From Azolla caroliniana (lineage: Eukaryota > Plantae > Polypodiophyta): a DNA stretch of 64,000 bases. The DNA is taken from assembly GCA_043228905.1 (NCBI GenBank), contig JBHGNT010000016.1:2728001-2792000 (forward strand). The letters run 5' to 3'. Below are positions 36,101-45,659 of the stretch, piece by piece. A model generated the notes under the pieces. The model searched no databases. It saw only the letters and a list, made by a program, of their open reading frames with translations, and was not told where the DNA came from. A program made the translations under genes and the position numbers. How positions within the stretch are numbered: position 1 is the stretch's first letter; every line of letters begins with the position of its first letter.

Positions 36101-39100
36101 AAGATAAAGGCTTTTATAAGAAGTGAAATTAACTGTCAACCTAAAAGTTCATGTCAGGTTCTTGATGGCTCATCCATTTTATTATTAAGTTGCCCACTGT
36201 CATAAGAGAGTTTTACTAGAAGACACACAGAATAAATTAGTTTAAAGGTTCATCTCAAGTTCTTTATAGTTAAGCAACTTTGGTATTATAGTGTCGACTA
36301 CCATAAGATGAGAATGATGTATTAGGGACCAAAACATAAAATCGAGAATTTTAGCAGTTTTGAACATCATCGAATCAGCTGTAGTAGAATCAGGTGTCAC
36401 AAATCAAAGAAGGGAAATAATTGTAGCAATTAGAATGTTTGGAGACCAAGAGACAAATATAACTAAATCTGGTGTAATCAAAAATATTTGCATCACCAGA
36501 TTATCTGAGACACGACTAATGGGTTTTGCATATTATCCAATTGACAATATAATAGCCAATTATGAAAAGACAAACTCCAATTCCACTTTTACACAAGTAG
36601 CCCAAAACAGTGATTTTGTTACACAATAACCACCCCCACCTCAATAGTGATATGATGTTTTGCTAATAAATTGCTTTGAATAATATAGATCACTTGTTGA
36701 GCTTTGGCATGTACTCTGCCCTCATGGTGCATTTTTTGGCAAACTGGCTTCCCTCCTACAATAGCAGCATTTGTTATCTTGTTCCATGTTCCAACCAGGT
36801 GTGCCTTCCTTATCCTATCCCCATTGTCCTGGGTCTCAGTCTTCATGCTCTGGGCCATCCATCATCTCTACCTCTGTGAGAAACCATGGGTCTTCAGCTT
36901 CACTTTTTGCTGGTACAGTTCTACCCGTCAGTTATACTGGCAATTGGCAGCAAAATGGTTATACATGAAGTACATAGCATACTGGTTGCACCTTGCCAGC
37001 ATATAGACTATCATTGGTTCATTCCCTTTCTTTGTTTTGTCCTTGCCCAGTCCTTCCATTAAGGCTCTTACTTCTGCAATGATACTCATCATTGTTTATC
37101 TGCATGTTCCGCACTGTGGAATATTCCTCTGAGAAAGACGCCATAGCATCCTCTCTAGAAAATATTTCTAGGTCAGCTCCTTTATTCCAGATCTTTCTGG
37201 TGACTGCTGTGTGAGACACTATATTTAACCCTGTAAAATCAATCTTATTCTTTGTTGGAGAATTTCATGGAATCCTTGACCCCCTTCGTCCAAATCCAGC
37301 ATTTTGGATGCATATTGTTCAGCATTCCTATCTTCCTACTATATACCCTCAAAATTTTCACAGAACTCAGTTGGATTTCCTCGCTCAAATTTGTTGGATG
37401 AATTATTTACTAAATCCTCTTGAAATGTGAGTACCACTCTGTTGCTTTCTTGCTGAATGAGTTATTGCGCAGATCCCTTTTGTTCTCATGAACATAAGCT
37501 GCTGATGTGTGCCTCCCTTGAACCTTGACACCTTCCAGCAATGTTCAAGATAGTCCAAGATTTTTCCCAACGAACAACCAAAAGTTTCTTGTCAACATTG
37601 CCATGGAGTTCACCTCATATTTTTCCTTTCACTCCTTTGCTGCCTCATTGAACTTCTCACTGATTTTGTAAGAGTTGGCCCAGCTTCCCTGCTATCAACA
37701 TGCCTGCACTTACCTTGAGCTGACATTGTCAAGTGCTTAGTGTGAGCTACATTGTTGCCTCTGGTGGTTAGTGCTTTATCACATGAGGAGATTCCTCCTT
37801 TTTGTTTGCTTGCCACCAACAGAACTGATAGGGCTGGACCACTTTAGATGGGTACTGATTAATGCTGGAATCCTCGAGTAACAAATGTGACTCACTATTC
37901 ACTTCCACTCTCAATAACTCCCAATACTGGAATGCCTTATTCTCTAGTCTCCTTTACAGCTCCTATTCCACTAGACAGGCATCATTCTCAGAGATCAAAT
38001 GATCATGAAGTATTTCTCTTGTTAGATATATGGCATGAAAGATAAGTGAGGAAATACTTACTTAACGAGGGAATTACTATTCAACCATTTGAAGGTAAAT
38101 TTTGGTACATGTCATATCACAAAGGAGTTTCTGTTCCAGGTGTTCGTTCTAACAAATGAGCCTTAACTTGGGAATATTTACTGAGGCATAATTGCATCCT
38201 CGTTGCTTTTTTACACTAAATCCCCTATTTATTTACCTGCAATCCTTGCGGACAGACAAATCTCTGATTCACACTGCCTTGCATGGTGCTAGGCATGTGG
38301 ATTCTGTCCAGCATAATCCCATACCATACTGAACACGGTAGGGAAAGTGTGATTTTTCCAGCATGGTGGTATTACTAAAAGATTCAGGATATTGCGTTAT
38401 TGAAATTCAGAATTTCAAATATAGAAGCAAGACAGCATGGTGGTAAAGCCTGTGCTTTGCCCAGTCCATGTTTTAAGGAATGGATTTGAACTATAATCGT
38501 ATTGAGTATCAAAAGCCTTCATAATTTGGTTTGAGACCATGCACTCAATCAGCTTGCTCCTGAAAAAATGGTTTTTCACAACATTGAAATTTTACCATAA
38601 CACGAGGACTGAGAATGATATCATTGGACTTCAACGGTTAAACGGGTAATAACTCACCTAACAGAGAACTCTCTAAGCCACCAAGCTCATCATGTTGAAT
38701 GTGATAATAATACATGACGCGGGATGTGCAAAACTTTTTAAACAATAGAGAAATTAGAGAGAAAAAACTCTCCCAATGGAGGACTAATTACACCACCTAT
38801 AATGACTACACAAGTTCATTCATGACAAATTTTGTAAAGATTCTTGTGAATTGTAGTTGCTGTTAAACAGAATACCCAAGTAGAGTAGTAAATTAGGCAC
38901 AAAAAAAAACTGAGAGATAAGAGAAAAAAAACACTCACCTAATAGAGCACTGACTAAACCACCAGCGCTGACTTCGAGGGACCAATCAGGACCACACTTT
39001 GAGGCCGAGACAGGAAGACGATTTGCAACAACAAGCAAACGTTGTCTACTACTTCTCACGATATCTTCGGGACCATGATGGATAATGTTAGTAGTAGCAG

Positions 39101-39665
39101 CAGCAGTAGCAGTGTTGGTAGAAGAAAGGCCATTAGATGAGGGTATCTTCGTATCTTCTTGGATCCATTCTTCGAGATAGCTCCTTGGGTGTGGTGAATC
39201 ACTGGTGCTTTTCCCACTCGGGAACACAAGTTTGTTGTCGAGGAAGAATCGGCGTGTTCGGCTCAGCTCCTGTTGTCGAACTAGCCTTGCTACCCGATTG
39301 GATCGGATGGTTGTAGCTGACGATGAAGGAGAAGTCGAAATCGACGGAGAAGAAGAAACCGAAGATCCTTCGCGGATACTATTGTTGCTTCGTAAGGCAT
39401 CGTCATATTGATTATGATGGTGGTGGTGATCAGACGCAATGTATTCTTCATCAGAGAGAGATGAAGAAAGCTGAGGGAAACTTGGAGGTAATAATGAAGA
39501 GCGGAGCTCTTCGGGTGTGGAGAGAGAGAAACGCCGATGAGGTGCAGGAGGAGGAGGAGGAGGATGGGGATGGTGAGGGAGATTAAGCTGAGTAGGTTCT
39601 TCTCTGCTTTTATTTTGATTCTCTGAGGATGAGTTCTTCCTGTTCAAAGACAGAGAGTAAGTCAT
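13348..39665 (-). CDS. TPS1: Class I alpha,alpha-trehalose-phosphate synthase (TPS1-like), 17 coding exons, ~1064 aa
   Basis: Exons (minus strand, all GT-AG, phases consistent): 39665-38939, 35986-35889, 34750-34362, 33164-33044, 32374-32273, 32131-31981, 26580-26492, 22687-22639, 19714-19614, 19505-19318, 17272-17155, 17041-16871, 16642-16520, 15213-15126, 15041-14911, 13985-13887, 13797-13348. Motifs: [67 protein letters not shown]. The TPP-like domain has GFNLTL in place of DxDGTL, as expected for class I. Confidence 0.95.
20250..21270 (+). mobile_element. Highly decayed copia-like RT/RNase H remnant in TPS intron 8
   Basis: 21075-21150 encodes KNPVTH..LTKHVK, resembling the copia RNase H motif NPVFHARTKHI. 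Heavily disrupted; boundaries approximate. Confidence 0.35.
22198..22331 (+). repeat. Perfect 67-bp tandem duplication (2 copies)
   Basis: TATTGGAGAAGCCCATATTAGAT...AAGTTCAGAATTT repeated head-to-tail. Confidence 0.95.
23620..25735 (-). mobile_element. 5'-truncated non-LTR retrotransposon (RTE/RTEX-like LINE), copy 1, with disrupted RT
   Basis: [41 protein letters not shown]-terminal CxxC..ESEEHY.C.C. 3' UTR ends in a (TTTC)n tail. Contains stops and frameshifts. Confidence 0.9.
27085..27152. repeat. (AG)n microsatellite abutting a LINE tail
   Basis: Directly visible. Confidence 0.95.
27149..27262 (-). mobile_element. ~110-bp 3'-end-only copy of the same LINE family, inside the copia LTR
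   Basis: AAAGATATATTAA..TCTTTTAAGAGGCCAAAATGGCCTATAAGACCAAACAAGAGATTACATC, near-identical to 23626-23730. Confidence 0.9.
28515..29885 (+). mobile_element. 5'-truncated LINE copy 2, nested in the copia RT gene
   Basis: Inverted relative to copy 1. Encodes the ORF2 C-terminus ([34 protein letters not shown]). Ends ATATCTTTCTTTCTTTC. Confidence 0.92.
31030..31421 (-). mobile_element. ~390-bp 5'-truncated LINE copy
   Basis: Near-identical to 23620-24010, with the same (TTTC)n tail. Confidence 0.9.
31430..31592. mobile_element. Fragment of the AACCG/GGTT-rich hAT-derived family (one terminus)
   Basis: GGTTCAGTT repeats ending in GTTGCCAATTCCCA, similar to the family TIR. Confidence 0.4.
35126..35686. 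mobile_element. Non-autonomous hAT-type element (MITE-like) in TPS intron 2
   Basis: Perfect 8-bp TSD TAGCATGG (35118-35125 and 35687-35694), degenerate TIRs TAGCAATTGACAA / TTGCTGAATGCCA, AAACC/GGTTT subterminal repeats. Confidence 0.8.
38658..38715 (-). other. Putative alternative first coding exon of TPS1 ([20 protein letters not shown])
   Basis: ATG at 38715, 19 codons plus G, then donor GTGAGT. Same phase (1) as the main exon 1 and a similar end (GGLVSALL-G|GTGAG). Confidence 0.5.
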
Positions 39666-39867
39666 AGAGGAAGAAGGAAAAGGGAGGGGGGGAGCTTCTT
39701 CCTTCTTCCTTCTTTCTTCTTTCTTCTTTCTTTCTTCTTGGGTGAGGAGAGATGGTGATTGAGCTTTAGCTTATATTGATGATGTAGGTTGTCTTCCTAC
39801 ACTCTTCCTGTGCCTTCAGTTTCCCTTCTGTGGGTTACACACAGAGAGAAATGGAGATGGCGGAGCT

Positions 39868-39870
39868 ACA

Positions 39871-39906
<36 letters not shown>

Positions 39907-39958
39907 TGTATGTATGTATGTATGTATGTATGTATGTATGTTTGTATGTAATAATGTA

Positions 39959-40009
<51 letters not shown>

Positions 40010-40066
40010 AAAAGGAGGAGAAGCAGAGAGAAGGCAGAGTAAAGAGAGAGAGAGAGAGAGAGAGAG
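39868..40066. repeat. Compound microsatellite (TATG)n-(TG)n-(AG)n in the TPS1 upstream region
   Basis: Directly visible 200-400 bp upstream of the TPS ATG. Confidence 0.95.
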
Positions 40067-40266
40067 ATAGTGGAGACAAGACATTCTGTTTTAAAGCTTA
40101 CACAGATATTGTAAATTTTGTATGTATATATTACATTATACATATGTGTACTCAACACAACATAATAATACATACATGATAATGATTTCATACATCAAAT
40201 CATAGCATATCAATATGTTCTCATGGATGCATGTGTCCCCAGGATGAGGAGGAGGAGGAGGAAACA

Positions 40267-40385
40267 CCGACATGATCACCATAGTCAAGGCGTGACCAAA
40301 CTCTCTTTGTTGATCGGCATCCCCCTCCGACATGATCACCATAGTCAAGGCGTGACCAAACTCTCTTTGTTGATCGGCATCCCCC
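40267..40385 (+). repeat. Perfect 60-bp tandem duplication upstream of TPS1
   Basis: CCGACATGATCACCATAGTCAAGGCGTGACCAAACTCTCTTTGTTGATCGGCATCCCCC, two copies. Confidence 0.95.
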
Positions 40386-41890
40386 CCCCGCCCCATTTTC
40401 ATGAACCAACGATCCGTTCACATTGTTCCATGTGGAGGACGCATGTTAACGTATGTGTCTTCTCCGCTCCTGTTTGCCTTCTATTCTGTCCTCCGGTTCT
40501 TTTGTGGCCTACCCCTCTATTCGATGCAATACAGTAAGTCTTGAAAGAGGGTGCAACAACATTAGCTAGTTTTGCCTGCCCATCGCTTTTTCTCACAAAT
40601 GATGCAAGTTAATGCCACTTTGTGAACGGGTCGAATGCATCGATTTGCTCCACGTAGCAAGGTATTGCAGGCATACCACCACCCCCCCCCCACACCCCTT
40701 TGTTCAATGTCAAAAATTTGGAGTCATTAAGCTCGAGATATTATCTAAGGTACCAAAGCTTGACATAAATTTCATCAATTTTCCTATTATTTCATATGCA
40801 TGAAAGGGAAAGTTGTTCTCTTAGTACATTTGTACAAACAAACAAAAAAATTTGAAGCAGTCTTCATTGCATTGTTATTTCAACGACGTGAGAAGATCAG
40901 AAAGGTTAATTTTTCGCTTTGCTCATCAATTACACTTGTTTACAACTGAGTCTTCGACACATGTGGAACAAATGTTGGAGATCATGATTGATTAACTATT
41001 ATAGTATGATATTCTCTTAAGTGATTCTCAAGGATATTTTTTTCGATCCTAATGAGCTTATGTGTCATTCATTTGTATTACACTTTTTAACCTCGTGCTT
41101 CTCGCTAACGGAAGGTCCATAATGTTCTAGCTCGCCAATGCTTGCTCATAGAACTTTTACTTGCACCATACACCTTGGGGAATATAAACGGAAAATGGAT
41201 TAAACAAAGGCTTTGGGTTTCATATTTGAAAGGATTACGTGAATCCGCGCGTCTCTTTCATTACTACCAATTTCTCTTTCACATAATTAAAAATAGTTGC
41301 CATGAGAACATTCTCCAACATAATGCTTTTTAAGTGTAGCATTAAGGATATTTATAAGTTTGTGCTACCTTGTTAGAATTCAAAACAAGAAACTAAATCT
41401 AGTTATTCTTGTGCATAATGTATGGATAAGGTTGAATGACCATACATACAATCAATTATACTTTTGTGTCGTTGGATAATGTTCAAGGCTACTCATACTC
41501 ATACACGACATGAAGATTTTTACTAGCTCACATGAGTCACCTTTTTCTCTTTTGCTAAAGAAAATCAAGCAATCATCAAGCGACAAAAATTTGGAAGTGG
41601 GCATGCCTTTTAAAAGCATGTAATCATGTTTAGATGTAGATTTGATATGGGTATAACGCATCGTTGTATGTTTTATTCTTTGTGAAAATAATATATTATT
41701 AATAAGAAGGCGATATAATGTGTTGGCAATGGGACCTCATGGTATCATCCATTCCAACGAAAGCTTTACCGTACAAAGATATTTGAAGTTCTTTTGCCAT
41801 GGGAATCAACTTTAGCAAACAATCATGCAACTCGCACGAGCCTTGCTAAACACTTGTTTTCTAACTATTTTATTGTTGTCAACTCTCTAT

Positions 41891-42260
41891 TAACAATTGG
41901 CAACTAAACTGAACCGCGAAACCACGGCTTAACGACTTAATGGTTAAAACGATTCGGTTTGGTTTCAATAGTCAGAAACCGCAATTTAACAATTGTTTTT
42001 AAATAATTTTCCATTTTTAGACCTTATTCTCACGTTTTAGGAACATCTTAACATTTTATAATGAAATATTTTAAATTTTAAATTTGACCTAAGTTGAAAA
42101 CCAAAACCGAACCATGAAACCGCGGTTTTAATGGTTTAACAGTTTTAAAAATGTTAACGGTTTCGTGGTTCGGTTCGGTTTCAAAAAATTCAAGTTTCAA
42201 AAAATTTAAACAGTTCAATTTTGACCCTCTCAAATCAAATTGAACTGTTGGTAATTGTTA
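41891..42260. mobile_element. Non-autonomous hAT-type element (370 bp)
   Basis: Perfect 8-bp TSD CTCTCTAT (41883-41890 and 42261-42268), TIRs TAACAATTGGCAAC / GTTGGTAATTGTTA, AACCG/CGGTT internal repeats. Confidence 0.88.
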
Positions 42261-44482
42261 CTCTCTATCAATCATTTGCCATTGCGATGGTAACGAGCTT
42301 TAACAAACAATCATGCAATTTCATACATAGCTTCTTAAACACTTGTTTCCTTTTGTTTTGCTTCAAACTCCCTCTTGATCTTCTTATATTCTGAAGCGAT
42401 AACATGATTTAAATCTAGATAATAAAATTGGAAGGGTTATTATAGTAGGTTATGCATGTACAACACCACCATGCACGTGTACAACAACTTTAGGGATCAT
42501 CGTGTAGTTTCTCGACTAAAAGAACGGGAATCACAATGTTTGGGAAAATTTTAGGACATGGGGACAATCATGATATAAACTTCTTAGCTAGTCTTCATGG
42601 TCGACACATTTGGAAGAATGTGTGATATATGATGGTAGGTTAAAGCTTGTGCGTAATTGGCAACACAAGGCATCTATTACAATACTTCTTTCATTCTCAC
42701 TCTCATACCATTGGCACTTGTCTCCTCAAAACAAAATATCTAGCTAAAATATGCATGCATTCACAAAACACCCTACCTCTCTATACATTATGTTAATCTA
42801 ATTGGCTCTATACATTATTGAATTTGGTTGAAGTGCAATCAAACAAACCATACACGACATGAATCTCCTTCCAACAACCTAATATAGTCTTCTTTATCAA
42901 ATCCACATCAATCCTAAACTTAGGTCAGTTTGGTGCCTCCATACTGTACTCACCATTGATTGGTTGCAACTCTTATTCAATGATTATTTCACCCATGTTC
43001 AAGTCTTGCAATGATGTCCATGACAATTTAATTATACCCCGAGATTCCCTTCTTAATTTGACGACATACTTTGTCATGGGTAGATGTTTGAGTTTGCGAA
43101 TATGTTTTAGGTAATTGTGTTTTCACTTCTAGCATAGTTGGGATTCGAGAAGCATGCTTCAAACTTTGTTTTTCTTTGTGACATAATTTGGTTATGAAAT
43201 TTCATCATGTTGTAAGCTACGAGATATGTCGATATTTAACTTCTAGTGTGATGCATTATTTATTAGGGTATTTGCTCTAGTTTATATTATGTTGTTGACT
43301 TTGTGGTGTAATGCCACCACATTTTGTTTTTGTCGTATCTTATATATTCCTTACGGAAACATCATTGTCTTATGTGTAGCAAGGAAGCTATGAGGACCAT
43401 CACATGATGATAACACTGTGCATCACAAAGATGTTTCAGACAATATTGCAAAATATCAAATGATAGAAAACGTATATGTTTGATATCAATGTTATCTTAT
43501 TACGGAATACATTAAAACCTAAATTCCCAAGTTTCTAATTGACGAGTATTTAACTTTAGTGACAATGATGTTGCAAATTGCAATAATGGTTAAGATCAAA
43601 TAAGCGAGGTAATGATAAAATAACAATGAAATAGGTTGCAATTTGTATAGAATAATGATGTCATCACAAAGAATGTAGCAAAAACTATAAATCCATATTG
43701 ACGCCACACAAAAATATATGTGATGATAGTAGATGGGACAATTATGTGTCAAAATCGAAACAAGGGGGCAATGAGAGTGTGAAATAAAGACATTGCTTTG
43801 TTGCGACACACTTGATGAATAACATTGCTAGTATAAACCAAACGAGAGAACATACAAAACAACGAGGGTATCAAAAGCATTGAAAACAATACCATTATTC
43901 TAGTGATGATATTTTTACCAAACATGGACAAATCATGTCGAAATAAGTAGGCAATGAGATGTAACAAAGAACAATGTTGTTATTCGCAACAAATTTGTCA
44001 AAAGGTATAAATCCTAATGAAGATTATAATGACACACAAAAGAAGAGGATATTAATGGGATTCATGTTACCATGTCATGGATTCATGTTATGTAATGGAT
44101 GAGATTCCCCATCTAGAGAGATAATCCAAGCGCGTTTCTCTTTGGTGATGACAACCCAACAAATTGGACGACGACAAAGCCCATGAGAAATGTATTAGAC
44201 AACAATGTCATAATCACATAATCGAGATGATTTAGGGGTTAGGGTTTAAAAAATAAGAAAACAAGACCTTGATGGAAGTGGATTGGCTGGTAGAAATATA
44301 GTAGGATGATGAGAAACCGAACATGGAACGACGAGGTGATGAGAGAAGTATTAGAGCAACGACATAGTCGAATTGTCTCAAATATAAGAAACTCTAATGA
44401 AGATAGTTTGATAGAAAACCGAACAGGAGACAAGAAGTATGGAGTAACGATGCGGGAGTGTATCAAATCGATTGAATTGATG

Positions 44483-45548
44483 GAGGCTTGGGACTTGGGG
44501 TGTCCAAAAGGGCGCAGTGCAACCTACGGAGAGGGTTGGGATTTTGGGTGTCCAAAAGGGTGCAATGCAACCTATGGAGGCTTGGGACTTAGGGTGTCCA
44601 AAAGGGTGCAGTGCAACCTATGGAGAGGCTTGGGACTTTGGGTGTCCAAAAGGGTGTAGTAGAACCCATGGAGGCTTGGGCCTTGGGGTGTCCAAAAGGG
44701 TGCAATAGAAACCAATGGAGGCTTGGGATTTGGGGTGTCCAAAAGGGTGCAATAGAACCAATTGAGGCTTGGGACTTGGGATGTCCAAAAGGGTGCAGTG
44801 CAACCTATGGAGAGGCTTGGGACTTGGGGTGTCCAAAAGGGTGTAGTGGAACCTATGGAGAGGGTTGGGACTTTGGGTGTCCAAAAGGGCATGCAGTAGA
44901 AGCAATGGAGGCTTGGGACATTGGGTGTCCAAAAGGGTGAAGTAGAATCAATGGAGACATGGGATGTTGGGGCCAAAAACCTAAATAAAACCCCTCCTCC
45001 CCCTCCCTTTGAGGCTTGGGACATTGGGTGCCCAAAAGGGTGCTATAGAACCAATTGAGGCTTGGGACTTGGGATGTCCAAAAGGGTGCAGTGCAACCTA
45101 TGGAGAGGGTTGGGACTTGGGGTGTCCAAAAGGGTGCAGTGCAACCTATGGAGAGGGTTGGGACATTGGGTGTCCAAAAGGGTGCAGTAGAATCAATGGA
45201 GACATGGGATGTTGGGGCCAAAAACCTAAATAAAACCCCTCCTCCCCCTCCTTTCGAGGCTTGGGACATTGGGTGTCCAAAAGGGTGCAATAGAACCAAT
45301 TGAGGCTTGGGACTTGGGATGTCCAAAAGGGTGCAGTGCAACCTATGGAGAGGCTTGGGACTTGGGGTGTCCAAAAGGGTGCAGTGCAACCTATGGAGAG
45401 GCTAGGGACTTTGGGTGTCCAAAAGGGCGTGCAGTAGAAGCAATGGAGGCTTGGGACATTGGGTGTCCAAAAGGGTGAAGTAGAATCAATGGAGACATGG
45501 GACGTTGGGGCCAAAAACCTAAATAAAACCCCTCCTCTCCCTCCCTTT
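44483..45548 (+). repeat. G-rich minisatellite: 19 monomers of 46-48 bp plus three 57-bp terminal units, with higher-order repeats
   Basis: Core GAGGCTTGGGACTTGGGGTGTCCAAAAGGG plus a 16-18-bp variable tail. Higher-order blocks at 44718-45010, 45011-45255 and 45256-45548. Confidence 0.97.
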
Positions 45549-45659
45549 GATTGATTGGTAAATGAAAGTATAATATTCGTGAAGAAAGAAAGCAAAAAGC
45601 AAATAGAGAAGAAGAGGTATAGGTACAGAGGAAGAGCAGAGGCAGAGCAGTCGGGGTCG

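Noticed and set aside
36360-37900. Possible decayed L1-type LINE in TPS intron 1
   Set aside because: Composition is suggestive, but I could not identify a convincing RT or endonuclease motif by eye.
39789-40191. ORFs made of HT/YI/CV/ER repeats (also 5265-5523)
   Set aside because: Translations of microsatellites.
43000-44100. T-rich then A-rich skew suggesting a long inverted repeat or Mutator remnant
   Set aside because: I could not align the arms by eye; a self dot-plot would be needed.
44306-45478. Cys/Trp repeat protein (EAWDLGCPKGCSATYG)n ORFs
   Set aside because: Mixed 46/47/48-bp units repeatedly shift the frame, and overlapping ORFs in several frames on both strands are a by-product of the repeat.
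44483-45548. CRISPR array (30-bp partly palindromic repeat with variable spacers)
   Set aside because: The 'spacers' are only 16-18 bp, homologous to each other and recurrent. The context is eukaryotic and no cas genes are present.
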